From: Laetmonice hystrix
Taxonomy: Eukaryota
Assembly: GCA_965235115.1 (NCBI GenBank)
Contig: OZ249440.1
Span: 34,164,001 to 34,228,000, forward strand
Direction of reading: 5' to 3'
Length of the DNA: 64,000 nt
The notes beneath the pieces were generated by a model. It was not told where the DNA came from, ran no database searches, and saw only the letters and a program-made list of their open reading frames with translations. The position numbers were made by a program, and so were the translations under genes. Shown here in pieces: positions 12,952 to 25,539 of the stretch (position 1 is its first letter; the number at the start of each line of letters is the position of its first letter).

Positions 12952-13805
12952 TGTTACGTGGCTAACGGCAGTAGATGACAAACACCCAGAATTTAATTTT
13001 AAACAATTTAATGAATCCTCACAGTTACACAATGATGACAAAATACGGTCTGATTCACAATCATAAAACTCAGTGTTTTACCTTCTGGGATGTTCCTACC
13101 ATCTATTGTGGTCTATTGTCTCGTCTGCAATTCCAGAACGTTCTCAGTCCATCCAAATCAGAGTTCGAATAAAGTTCTAGTTGATTTCCTCCGTGGATTT
13201 CACAAGCCCAATTTCCACACGTAAATCCAAAGTTCACATATAGTTTCAGTGGTTTTTCTCCGTGGTTGTCACAAGCACAATGTCCACAGCACAAGTTCAG
13301 AAACGTACTCCCGGAATCCGTGGATGAATCTTCCTATTGAAGTCGCCAACTTCAGTAGCACACAAATTGAAGACTTGTAGCTCTCGGCTATAGTCTACTG
13401 TCCACGTTACAACTCCAGGCCCAAATACGACAGCTTTCGTAATCCCACACTGAGCGATAATACACAATCTCACAATCGTCAATCAGGTCTTGTTCCAACG
13501 TAGTTACTAACGTTAAACTACACTCTCTGTTAGATCTCAACGCAAGTCTCCCCGCATCATCAGTTCTACCAGCTTATATACCTTCAGTTAAAGAACCTTC
13601 TCGTTGTAGAATGTTTGACTGTCACTGGATAATTCTAGTTGTTTAAGAAGTTTCTAAATTCCAACTATTACGGGAAGTTTCTGGTGCCGGAACCTCCTAC
13701 TCAAGCTCCCTCTGGCGGGACATGTAACTAACAGACCAGACCACAGCGCCACCTGGCGGACTAGAACTAATCTGCACTGAGGAATTCTACCTCACACACA
13801 TCACA
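12952..13805 (-). mobile_element. Solo LTR (Gypsy-like)
   Basis: tcag|TGTTACG ... CATCACA|tcag gives TG..CA ends and a 4-bp TSD. The minus strand has a TATA-like GGTATATAAGCT (~13575) and a poly(A)-like AATTAAA (~12993). Confidence 0.6.
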
Positions 13806-15695
13806 TCAGACACATGTTTAGTTTGCCTACATGTCAACATGTGTTTAGTTCCTAAACGCGGTTTTTAGAGTGTACGTACACCAGTATACGGTAGTGCTGA
13901 GTGTGGAAGGCTATTACCAGATAGTGGATAGATCACAGCCTCTCAATTTGCAATCAATCTGCAGAACCGTTTTGTCCCGTAGATTATCCCTGTATTTCAC
14001 ATCATTAGTATAATATTATTCAGTTCACCGAGAGGTCAGGTAATTATTTAACCTTATACTGGACAACGAGATCAAAACACTCGTTCAGCAATAAAAGTTT
14101 CTATTTGCCTCAGTATATTATCTACATATATTTGAACGAACGTATGTGGAAGGGCGACATTAAATCTTATGGTACGGCTCCTTGATATTCAATTGTATTA
14201 TTATCATCGATTGAGACAGATTTGGTTTGCTTATCTGGGCCTTTACACTATGTATAGACCTAGTACACAATTCATGTTGTGCATGTGAATGGAGCTTTAA
14301 TGTGTAGCATACAGGAGATATTGGGGGTCGCTTTTGTTATCACAGTGCCTGCCAGGTTGGACGGGCAGGTACTGTGATACTGCGACTGTATAATCTGACT
14401 CAGTCACACTGTGGTCTCAGTCCAGTGACTGACGACCCCAACCTGAGCGATGTCGGAGACCAATGCCTGAGCGACATATACAAACGTAGATGCAATATCG
14501 ACAGTCACCACAATAGTTTGACCATTTCGACTGATCTCGTCTCAAAGACAAAGGCACGAAGCGTTGCAACATTAGAGGAGCCGTCAATCCACTATGAAAA
14601 ATAGCCTTTTACATTAATCATAAGAATATAATTATTTGGAGCCGCCAGGAAATCATGTTGAAAATTTCTCCACACACGACCATCATCTGCACAGCAGTCT
14701 GAACGGAACTGACCAGCTTCTCCAATGTTCGCACTGATCTATCGTTTCTTTGTAGTAATATTTTGTACTATAGGCTGTCAGCAATAGGCTTATAACAATA
14801 CATATACTTTTATGGGACAAAAGTTCAGGGGAGCGTTTCACTAAACACTCGTATTTTAGAGCTCGTATTTTCTATAGATCATAATGGCAAAGTGTACGAG
14901 TGTTTTCTTGTTTGCGAGCTATAAAGCCATATACGAGCTCGTACAGTCTTTAGCCGATGACACATACAAGCGTTTACCGCATCCGTACACCGCGTCTAGT
15001 CATCGCATCCGTCCATATGGGTTTGGACATTATGGTTTACAACCAAGCATGACACATACCTCCGACCACGTTTATCGGGTGCGATCACACGGATCCGTTG
15101 ATCGCAATTTTTGAACACTGCTCAATTTTTGCGATGAACGCGCCGGTAAACGCAAGGGGAACTCTATATTATGACGTCAAATTGGGGAAGCCCTCATTAC
15201 CAACCATGAGGCGGGAATATACAACCCTGACAAAGCAACAGGTTGGGGAGCTGATAGAGGGTGTCGGGAGACACCCCTATCTAAAATGCCTGGGAGGCAA
15301 TCAAAAGTACACTACAAACGGAATTGAGCGGTGAGTAGCTAGACTGTCTGATGGTAACATGTTCCTGACATATTGGCCTGTATATAGGAATCATGCAGTA
15401 GGAATCCGGTTAACCCATTTACTTTCTTATCATGTCATCATCGACATATAACCCCAAAAGACGTAAATGCGGTATTTCAGGGGGTCACGACAGGGTGTCG
15501 CTTGCACTGCTCTCACAATAGCCACAGACCTGATTCTTTGCAGACATTACACCCATTCCCTCGAGAACCACTGCAACTCATTTTACAGGGCTGCAAAACG
15601 AATTCATAGTCCAGGAAACAAATTATTTCGGGTGTTTGGTGAAGAAAATGTATTGCGACGAATGGACGTTTTGTGTGTGTCATGTGTTGCCGCAT

Positions 15696-18282
15696 TGAAG
15701 AAAACCGCCCATTCGAAGCGTTGAATGCGCGGCTTTCAACAGCCAGAAAACAGAGCGAGATCCTACCGGTTTGGTAGCTGGCTATGATCTACCGAGCGTT
15801 TATTTTACAGTATATATTAAGGTAGAGTGGTCGGACCGCCGGCAGGCAGCTCCTCCCCTCTCCAGATGGCGGCGTTAGGATTTAATTGGCGTTATCTGCC
15901 ACACCGCCTCTGCAGAGATCAGGATAAGCCAGCCTGGCAAGAAGTACATCCGGCGTCCGGCCATGGAGTACATTTCTAGAAACAACTCTACACATTTTAG
16001 TGGTCAATAAGACTTAGTAATAAATGTTATAATAAAGATACTTGATAAATATTACATTAAAGATGCATAATCAATATCTGAACGTCCTTCTATTTTCTAC
16101 ACACCTCCCCATCTCAAAGTTTTCACGTATCCTTACGGAAAACTCGAAGATCCGGGAGCCATCTCAAGAACGGTAGGGGTACCGGGAGGAGAGTGTTGTT
16201 TCACGGAACTGTGGACAACCTCCAGCCTAGGTCGGTTCCTCGCCCACCATTCACGGAAGCTTTGCTGTACGAAATACAGGCTGTTCGAAACTGCCAAAAT
16301 AAAAGCAACCAATCCAAGGCAAGGAACACCGTGTGCACCCGGTGACCAAGCTAGAATGGTCCCATCCTCTATAGAGGGTTTCCAAGTTAACTTTCGAAGG
16401 TGGCTAATCGGGGCTCGGGGAACAATGTGCAGACCTTTCAGAGTTAGATTTTTATCCACGACGGACCAAGATAAATTCAGCGAAGCTCTACTAATATTGT
16501 CCGGCCGCCAAGACTGTGCAATATGAGACCGAATGTCCCGAGCATGATATTTTTCCGCACCGGCAACCTCGAGACGGCAACCGGGGGGTATGTCAATCAG
16601 CGCCAGTCCATGCACTCGGGTCTTGACAGCAGCCACTGCTGGGCAACGTGTAGTCGCCGTCACGTCCGCAGCCGTTGATATCACGATTTTACTTTTATAA
16701 TCATAGACTTTTGGCATATTGTCCATGGTTAGAAACCTGACCACACACTGTCCGGGGTCCTCCTGAGCAATTAAACTATATTCACAGGATTGATTGTACA
16801 TTACGCCATTCGGGCAAACCATGGGGGTTCCGAGAACACAATGATTTGGAAAGTAAATTTGTCGAGACTGGGTACTCATAACAACTTTTGAGCGCCCTTG
16901 CAAACTTCTCCATCGGTTTGGACTAAGGTAGACGTCAAAATAAGCTAGTTCGTAGAATAAGTAATCCGTATGGGCCACTCCTGGCAGTGAAATAGAAAAC
17001 GACAAGTCTCGAGGAGAATGTACCACCAGCCGTGAGGTGGCATGCACGTAATACCAATCCATTGGCAGTACACCGAGACCTTGAACCTTCATTGTCTCCC
17101 TAATATTCGCTAGAATATGGGGACTAATAACTGTAGGCGTAATCCGGCCCCGCAAAACTGCATCTAGTTGAGAATCAAAACGATCTAATATGAATAACCA
17201 GTGGCGATGAGCCACCTCAAGTTCATGAAGCACATTATCCAGGGTGCGTAATATTTCCACCCGATGTAGGCGGCGCATCTGCTCAGTGGCCTGATGCACA
17301 ACCTTGGAGAGAGCCAGACCGATCTCTGCTGTGTGATTCGACAGAGTCTGTATATCCTGGCGATTCTGTTGCTCATAGAGACGGGAGTCGTTAACGGCAG
17401 TCCACAGTTCACTAACAGTATTAATAACATGCTCCTGGCGGTTTGCAACGGAAATAACAATACGTCGTACCTGGTTGACTTCCCTTTCCGTGGCGGTGCC
17501 GAAAAGTGAGCTCAATAGTTCGCCGCCGATATTCAACAGTCCCCGCCTGGTCCTGCCCTGTGGCCTGAAGGCGTCCCTCCAGAGCAGAGCCGACAAGCGT
17601 CGTTCCCACGTCCGATGATCATGTGGGGTAATCCGTCGTTTAGCCGCAAATCAGCCAGGGCCCGCACGGCTCCTCCTGCCTAGAGCCGGGTGAATTCTCT
17701 GCCATTGTGAATAACTATTAGTGTAGACTAGGGAGGAAGTATTCTAAACTAAAGGTAAACTTGAAGATTGAAAGCGTTCTCACCAAAGTTTCATGCCCAC
17801 TGGGAGTACGCTATATCACGCACTGCAGCGCCCAGCAAACATTACTCCTAATGGTGAATCACGTCGGGGTCACCAGTGAAGAAAACCGCCCATTCGAAGC
17901 GTTGAATGCGCGGCTTTCAACAGCCAGAAAACAGAGCGAGATCCTACCGGTTTGGTAGCTGGCTATGATCTACCGAGCGTTTATTTTACAGTATATATTA
18001 AGGTAGAGTGGTCGGACCGCCGGCAGGCAGCTCCTCCCCTCTCCAGATGGCGGCGTTAGGATTTAATTGGCGTTATCTGCCACACCGCCTCTGCAGAGAT
18101 CAGGATAAGCCAGCCTGGCAAGAAGTACATCCGGCGTCCGGCCATGGAGTACATTTCTAGAAACAACTCTACACATTTTAGTGGTCAAAAAGACTTAGTA
18201 ATAAATGTTATAATAAAGATACTTGATAAATATTACATTAAAGATGCATAATCAATATCTGAACGTCCTTCTATTTTCTACA
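15696..18282 (-). mobile_element. Young non-autonomous Gypsy-type LTR element carrying only an env ORF
   Basis: The 406-bp LTRs at 15696-16101 and 17877-18282 have TG..CA ends and one mismatch seen. TSD is GCAT. PBS TGGTGACCCCGACGTGATT (17857-17875) is complementary to the tRNA-Trp 3' end. PPT GAGATGGGGAGGTG is at 16102-16115. Confidence 0.92.
16133..17596 (-). CDS. env: Envelope fusion protein, baculovirus F / errantivirus Env type, N-terminally truncated
   Basis: Furin site RTRR followed by fusion peptide GLLNIGGELLSSLFGTATE, heptad-like helices, a Cys-rich region and a C-terminal TM segment (CLGLVAFILAVSNSLYFV). The 487-codon frame is open, but no signal peptide or ATG is present and there is an upstream in-frame TGA at ~17653. 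Confidence 0.85.
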   Translation of the reverse strand: MSALLWRDAFRPQGRTRRGLLNIGGELLSSLFGTATEREVNQVRRIVISVANRQEHVINTVSELWTAVNDSRLYEQQNRQDIQTLSNHTAEIGLALSKVVHQATEQMRRLHRVEILRTLDNVLHELEVAHRHWLFILDRFDSQLDAVLRGRITPTVISPHILANIRETMKVQGLGVLPMDWYYVHATSRLVVHSPRDLSFSISLPGVAHTDYLFYELAYFDVYLSPNRWRSLQGRSKVVMSTQSRQIYFPNHCVLGTPMVCPNGVMYNQSCEYSLIAQEDPGQCVVRFLTMDNMPKVYDYKSKIVISTAADVTATTRCPAVAAVKTRVHGLALIDIPPGCRLEVAGAEKYHARDIRSHIAQSWRPDNISRASLNLSWSVVDKNLTLKGLHIVPRAPISHLRKLTWKPSIEDGTILAWSPGAHGVPCLGLVAFILAVSNSLYFVQQSFREWWARNRPRLEVVHSSVKQHSPPGTPTVLEMAPGSSSFP

Positions 18283-19091
18283 GCATGTTTGCCGTCCGTT
18301 CATCGCATCAGGTAACCGGGTGCGTCAAACGCTACTGCGATTACCGGCTTTAGTGAAACGAGCTCCTGAAGGCACCACTTCTTCCAATATCTCGGACCCA
18401 CATGCTACACTCTTGCCTCTCTTGCTGATCATATTACTGCATTTTTGCCTTCCTCTCTGTCTCCGAACTTTTACAATTAGTTCATTGATAGTGTGAGATA
18501 TATTTCCAAGCACTGTATACATACAATGTGTCGCCCAAAATTGACCACATCTATGCCTCATCAGTTGAGGACTTGGGGCCACCAGTTTAACCCTGTTAGC
18601 CTGTACTGTGCTGCAAACGCGCTGGAGGGTAGACGCTAAGCTTTGTTGACCTGACCAGTCAGACCGGTGGTGCGTGACGGCCTCTTAACTGATCAAAACT
18701 TGTCCTTGGGCCAGGCTTGAGTGAGCATTAAGTATAATCCTGACATTATAAATCCAGCTCTTGTTTGTCATACAGTAGTAAATATATATATTCTTTTATT
18801 ATATTACTTGGGTGTTATAAATTCAAAGGGGTTACAATAAGGTCTGCCTAAGGTAGTCCTTTAAGCTGGGAGTAAAGGTGTGCATCAGTGCGTTACATAT
18901 CACCTTAAGCTGCTTTTCCATGAGGCGGAGGCGGCGCGGATGCGGCGTCGGGCGCGGCTACGGGTGCGGGTGTTGTGTTTCCATGAAACGGAAACAGACG
19001 CGGGAGTATTTGCGCGGGTTTGAGTCTTCTGTCCGTGGTTGCAACTTCCACCATTTCATCCTGGGCAGTTCATCCAGGCAACTCCGTAGAA

Positions 19092-20647
19092 ATGTCTGTC
19101 CTCTTCACGCTTCGCCGACATATTTCTATACTTGACAAGGAGATCTTAATCCTTGCCTTGTACAATCGACGATGGAAGCGCCGAGCAAAGAGAAAGCACC
19201 CATGGTGGGTGCACCCCATAAACCAAAGGAGGAAGGCACAAGGCGCCTACCACAATCTCGTTGGAGAGCTCATCCAGGCGAGGATAAGTTCTATCAGTAT
19301 TTCCGTACAACAAGGGAACAGTTTGCCCAAGTTCTCCACCATGTTGCACAGGATTTGATTAAAATCACCAACTCAAGGGAGACAGTTAAACCACGTGAAA
19401 GACTCGCCGTTACTCTCAGGTAAGAAAAAAAACCAATTTCAATTTGCTGAGCTGCAGAGAATACAAATCAAATTTATTCAGGTCCACTATAAAATGTCAA
19501 CAAAACATAAAACATAGACGTTAAAAACAGTATTGACTTCACTCAAGTCTATAACAACCTCTGTGTCTCACACAGAAACTGAATAGCTGGACAAGTTTAC
19601 CATAGTTTCATTCACACTGGCTTTATTGTTCAGTATATCAAAATGTTTGTCATTGATACAAATATATCATCTGACGCCACGTGAAACTCGAGTGTTGAAC
19701 TGAAAGGAAAATACAGACATTTAATTTACTCATTCATTTTCAGGTACCTTGCCACCGGGGAATCTTACTCATCATGGGCTTTCCAGTTCCGACTTGGAGT
19801 GACGACTATTTCTAAGATAATACCGGAGGTTTGTGATGCGATATGGAAACGGATGAGCCCGTTGTACATGAGAGCACCAGAATCCGCCGATGATTGGAAA
19901 CTGAGTTCCCTTTCTGCCTGGGAGCTGTCGACGGAAAACATATCGGTATGCTGAAACCCTGGAAGTCCGGATCTTTGTTTTATAACTAACTATAAAGGGA
20001 CTTGCTCAATTGTCCTTATGGCATTGGTAGATGCCAATCTACAGTTGATTGCGATAGATACAGGATCGTATGGAAGGAACAGCGACGGTGGTATCTTTTC
20101 TCGGTGTCCACTTGGAAAACAGTTCGCCCAGGGTACTTTCAACTTCCCACCCGCAGATCACTTCCCAGGATTTGAACACATTGGTGAAGTACCTTACGTG
20201 GCAGTTGGCGATGAAGCTTTCCCTTTACTACAGAATCTGTTACGCCCATTACCAGGCAGGGACAATACATGGGATAAGCATGTGTTCAAATATCGTCTAA
20301 GCAGAGCCCATCGCGTCGTAGAGAATGCGTTTGGTATCTTGGGGGCACGTTGGCGAGTATTCCATACAAAAATAGCAGTGTCGCCGAGAAATGCTAATGC
20401 CATCGTTAAAGCTGCTTGCGTATTACATAACCTGCTTCAGAGAAGCAGTACACCTGCCATGATCACCGCTCTGCTACAGGACGCTCCAGACCCATCGAAC
20501 GCCGAAGGTCTTCGCGACATCCAACATCATGGATATCATGGACGAAATGATGCTGTTACGATCAGAAACAGATACAAGCAATTTTTCAATGAAGATGAAT
20601 CCTGCCCGTGGCAATATGAACACGTGAGAAGGGGATATGACAACTGA
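19092..20647 (+). pseudogene. Harbinger (HARBI1/ALP1-like) transposase, spliced and frameshifted
   Basis: Motifs WWVHPINQRR..G.YHNL, FYQYFR, ERLAVTLR|intron 19420-19743|YLATG, CLGAVDGKH, GRNSDGGIF, VGDEAFPL, RVVENAFGIL..RWR and ACVLHN. Frameshifts or deletions at ~19270, ~19905 and ~19988. Confidence 0.9.
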
Positions 20648-21137
20648 ATGATATGAATATCATATCGCAGACAATGTACTTACTAAGTGTCAGAGTCATG
20701 CAGGGACGAATCCTGTTCTTCCGTATTTCCTTCTCCGCCTCCTTCTTCTGCATCTGCGACATTTGATTCAGTCCTGAATAAAGATAATTAGATATCTGAC
20801 GTGTTGATTTGAGAGTTATTAAAGGGTAACAACCCAAAGAAACTTCTGAATATGCCAATATGCCAACATTGGGGCCTACAAACAAACTATTTTATATCAA
20901 TCATACTAATGTGTATGGTACGATGTTAATAGGGTACTCGCTCGTTATTTTCAGCAGTATAGTCATTGAGGAATGTTAACATTTCATAGTATGGCCATTT
21001 CACTTTTGGTTTCACACCATCCCCACTTTTGCCTTTTTGTTCTCGGCGCTTCTTTATGTAGTGGTCACGTATATTTTTCCATTTGTCTTTCAGACAGTAG
21101 CCTGCAAAAGAATTGACAGTTTCAGTTTCGTTGTACG

Positions 21138-21480
21138 CAGTGGCGTAGCCAGACTTTTCCTACGGGGGGGGGGGGGCAACAAGAGATGGACCTCTTTTCA
21201 GGGGAGGGGGCAAACCACATGAACCAAAAAAGGCCTAATTTGAACCGTCATATACATATATCACTGTTGTAGTATACATACAACAGATCCCGGCTGTCTG
21301 AAGTTACATTTATAAATGTTTTCATTGGACTTAAGAGATCTCCCATTTTCCATTGTTCCCGACTCCCCCTATAGATAGTTTTCCCCCTTTATTCTCAAAT
21401 ATCCAGGGGGGCAAGAGGGGGCAAGGTTTTTCACAGGGGGGTTGCACCCTCCCCCCCCCCCCCCCCCGGCTACGCTACTG
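21138..21480. mobile_element. hAT-type MITE nested in the Harbinger element
   Basis: CAGTGGCGTAGCC ... GGCTACGCTACTG with imperfect 8-bp flanks GTTGTACG / ATTGTGCG. Confidence 0.6.
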
Positions 21481-21871
21481 ATTGTGCGTATTGTACGTAG
21501 GCCCTATTTATTTGAATCAAATCTAAATACATGATCTTTTTACAGAGACAGTTCATCATCTGACACATAGTTTTCAGGTCAAACATGCAAACATGGGCCT
21601 CACCTTTGCCCGCCTCCGCCTCCGCGCCTGCCTCCGCTTCATGGAAAAGAAGCTTAAGTGGAACGCAGAGGCAGAGTCTCTCGGACTAGGTGATGGCAGA
21701 CGTGTGAGGCACTGGAAACCTGGCCAAGCTGGCCCCATCCTGCCGGGTTACTACATGGGCCCAGGCAGGGGGAGGCCCCGGGGCGGTAGACAGTCCACAA
21801 TATATGCAGCTAAAACGGCCAGGATTAACTAATCTTTCGGTACTACGGTAGGTAGGCATATGTACCGTATT

Positions 21872-24012
21872 TTATAGTAAGGACCGAGGGTGAGACTTTG
21901 AGGCCACACTACCCACAGCACAGGATGGCAGTGTCAGTGATGATTTGACGGTCTGACTGCCGGGGACTCGCCTGACTGCGACGATCTGACTGTGGCGGTT
22001 TGACTTACACACAGTGTGATGGTTCGACTGTGTGACGATTTGACTCGTATTCTTAGGCATATACGCGGTGTAGGCCCCCTATTCCCCCAAACACATGTCT
22101 GTGTTTACATTTTGAAAATAGGTTGGTGACGTCAGCAAAGCAAGATGGCGCTTTCACTGTCCGAGTCCAGTTCCCGAAAGGAAAGTAAACCAGAAATGGC
22201 TCGGTCGTTCCGATTGCTATGGCCTATAACTCGAAAATGGTGCAAGATGAGCCTTGGCTACCATTGAACATGAATAGGAAGTCACTTTCTTTCCATTGGC
22301 ACCAAGCTTTATGATGTAAGGTGACGTCATATATGTCAATGACGTCATTTACATTTACTATTACTAGTCATAAAACTTCCAAGATAGAGCCATAGCTACT
22401 ATTGAACACGAATAGGCAGTCATACACATGCTCTTTTGATTAACACCAGGACATGCAGGGATGAAAGTTTTCAGGAAATTTCCTGAAATCAGGAAATTTG
22501 AAAAAATCCCCCCCCCCAAGAAATAACACCCAAAAAAGGAAATAGGCCTAGATCTATAGGCAAAAGAGGTAGGCCCAAGCCAAGGCTAAGTATTGCCCTG
22601 GACTGTGTGGTGGGCAATTAATATCAAATGAAACAATATCCCCTTCCAGGACGTTTTTTAACACCATGCAGCTCAATATATCTCTACCTGCCAAAGTTCG
22701 TTTATAGATGGGGATATTAGAGTGTCTCAAACCCGTCCAGTGTCACGGGTGCCACCGTGCATAGGCCGGTCTGCCGGGGGTGCTGGTCCCTGTAGCTGTG
22801 GTGACATCGCTCACATAGACCGGCCCGCGTGGGCTGACTTCTACCGGCACGCGGTGGCGTCTGTCCCGTCTGGCAGGCACGGCCCCGTGTCGCTGTGGTG
22901 AGAGCGACTCACCTCAGGTAATGACTTCAGGCAAAACTGATGGTCAGGCAGCTGCGAAGCCCGTTGATTCAGGCTTGCCATTAGGCCATATCCATGCGCG
23001 AGTTTTGCCTGAGCGCTCACTTAGTGATAGTAACGAGACTATAGACAGACCGGTCTGTCTAGTCCCGGTGATAGTGATTAGGCTGACGAACTACGCACCA
23101 TCACAATGTCACTCCTCACAGGAAACTGGGTCAATTTAGTTCTATGAATCTGCCTAGTATATATGTCAGTAAGTTCTCATAATGTGTTCTTGCATATAAA
23201 TTTGAGGATAGTGGCATTACGTAAGTGGTTTTCACTGAAGTTTTGGGGTTGTCAGGACTTTTCATTACATTTGTCGATCAGTGCAGGTGTCCTGATAAGA
23301 CCGGAAGTGACAATTTTCACAACAACATGAGTGGCACATGGACACACGGGCTGAACCACTCGACTCAGCGAAGCCTGTGTTGCTTGGCTGAGAGCCGCTG
23401 AGGGTCGTGACTGCTGAGGGTCAAGACTGATGGACAGCCTGTGTGGTCAGTCTAACACATGGAAGCTGTTTGACAACGTAATCGGTTGCATTTTGGACGC
23501 TAAAAGCCGACTGGATTCCAATGTTGGAGAGAGACGGCAGAGCCAGGCAGAGGTTGACACTGACTGTGACTGAGTGACAGGCAAGCAACAGCCTTGAACA
23601 GGGGCATGGACTGATGAGTGATGGAGTCTATCCAGCAAATTTGCAGGGGTGGGGGGTTGAGGGGGGTGGGGGTGGGGGGGGGGGTGGCGACTAAATACTG
23701 AGGGCTAGGCCCTATAATATATAATAGCTAGGAGGCCTTATCGGATCATGATTGTCTGCTGTTCCTAGCCTGACTTTTTTTAAGGGGGGGGGGGGGGGTA
23801 AGCCTTGGATGTGCGCATGAACAAATATTAATTATGGACATTGGCCCCCGCCGCTCCCCCCCTGTCAGAATTTCAGGAAATTTTACAGCTGGCCACTTTC
23901 ATCCCTGCATGATACGTATCGTGATATCACACGTCATAATGACCTCATTAAATCATAGGGACATGTCACCCAAGGGATGGGATCCATCGTGGTTTTATCC
24001 ACAACAGGTCTA
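21872..24012 (+). mobile_element. Probable non-autonomous Helitron-like element interrupted by hAT copy 1
   Basis: The 3' end has a small hairpin (GTGGTTTTATCCAC) followed by AGGTCTAGT. An internal repeat (CAAGATAGAGCCATAGCTACTATTGAACACGAATAGG) occurs twice. The 5' boundary is uncertain. Confidence 0.35.
22456..23907 (+). mobile_element. Non-autonomous hAT (Ac-type) element, copy 1
   Basis: TIR CAGGGATGAAAGT / ACTTTCATCCCTG; near-identical to 37274-39795. Confidence 0.85.
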
Positions 24013-25539
24013 GTTAAACATTATGTCTTTCATTAATTGCAAAATTTCAAGCCTACAGATGTCACAAAATTAAAACCAAATATACAAAGTGTTTAGATGT
24101 GTCAAATTTTACTAAGGTTTACTACAAGAGATTTTTTTACAAACCTGCCCCATCATAGCACTGCCCTCTCAGTTGATCCATGATAACCCAAGTTCATGTA
24201 TCCGTGACTCGATGAGAAGAAAGGGGGGGGGGGCATTCAAAGACGTACCTACATCCAGCTGGGAATCAGCCTCTGGCAAGAACTCACCGTGAACCGGAGC
24301 CAAAGCACTCGCTGCGGCAGAGGCCGGCACAGCGGCCGGCGATACCACCGAGCTTGGTGCTTGACTGGACCGGCCCGGCAGGGAGAGTCGTCGACAACGG
24401 CCGTCCTTGACCAGTCACCTTAAGAGCCTTCATCACACTGGCCTCAACGCCCCTCGCCACCCCCTCGGCGACGCTATCTGCCACCCTTTGCATCATCTCC
24501 ATTAATCCCTCATAACCGGGGGATTACGGGGAAGATTACGATTGGGCCACCTGGCTGACTCCCGGAGCCACTGCCGGAGCTGGCTCAGGCCCCCTAGCAG
24601 ACCGCCTCCCTCTTCTAACCGGTGTGGCATCTTCCGTGGTGTGATGAACGTCAACCTGAACGACATGCCTATTGCCTGGACCTGGCCGCCTATCCTCTGG
24701 AGCGTCCTCAATCTCGGCCGGATGAATGATAGGACTCCGGTCCCTAGATGAAGAAGGCCGTCCCCAACCCCTTCGTGGCAGTACCATGTTGGAAGCAAAA
24801 CTGGAAAGGGAAAAGTATCCAAAGCAGTAATCTTGATCAAGAGGAATATAGTTGCACCTGTTTAGACACTGCAACACAATAAAGGCAGAAAGGACCAACT
24901 AAAATCATGGGAACCCCAGATTGGACATAAATATCAATTTTAGGGAGTGGACGGAACCCCAGGAACCCCAACCCTCTCCTCCAACAAAACATACACTGGG
25001 GGGACCAGAACCACGGAACCACATGGCACTCGGCTCATCCTCCCCAAAAATGGAGGGCCCACAGAGGTGAACCACAAGGAACACCCTACAGAACCCCAAA
25101 AATACCGGGGGGGGGGGGTCCACAGTCCCTACGGAACCGTGGACCCCCATATACATCCCCCCAGGAAAACAAACACAGGGGGAGGGGCCACAGGCACACC
25201 CTACACAACCCCAAAACTACCGGGGGGAGTGTGGTCCACAGTCTTTACGGAACCACATGGACCCCCATATACATCCCCCCAGGAAAAACGGGGAGGCGGA
25301 ACCACGATCCCTACGGAACCACATGGCACACCGCCGCACGCCCAACTTGTGGAGGAGGGACCGGGGTCCCCAGGAACACATCCCCTCCCACCCAAGTAGA
25401 GTATACGTTAAATGAGAAGCAACTTGAAAGTGAAACAAACAAAATAACAGGTTGCAAGGTACATATATATGACCAAAGAAACGTATCATGTAAGAGAATT
25501 CACTAAAACATAAAGTTATACCCCGTCCAGTCCCACTCA

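Larger units (their letters stand above)
14828..18366. mobile_element. Non-autonomous PIF/Harbinger-like element, host of the LTR insertion
   Basis: tca|GGGGAGCGTTTCACTAAA ... TTTAGTGAAACGAGCTCC|tga. A weak Myb/SANT-like relic lies at ~15206-15310. Confidence 0.6.
18908..21654 (+). mobile_element. PIF/Harbinger DNA transposon, decayed
   Basis: TIRs AGCTGCTTTTCCATGAGGCGGAGGC / GCCTCCGCTTCATGGAAAAGAAGCT with TWA-type flanks; encodes a DDE_Tnp_4-type transposase relic. Confidence 0.85.

Noticed and set aside
12780..13873. CACTA-like element ending AGAGTG|TA with TAAACACATG repeats
   Set aside because: The matching left terminus could not be located.
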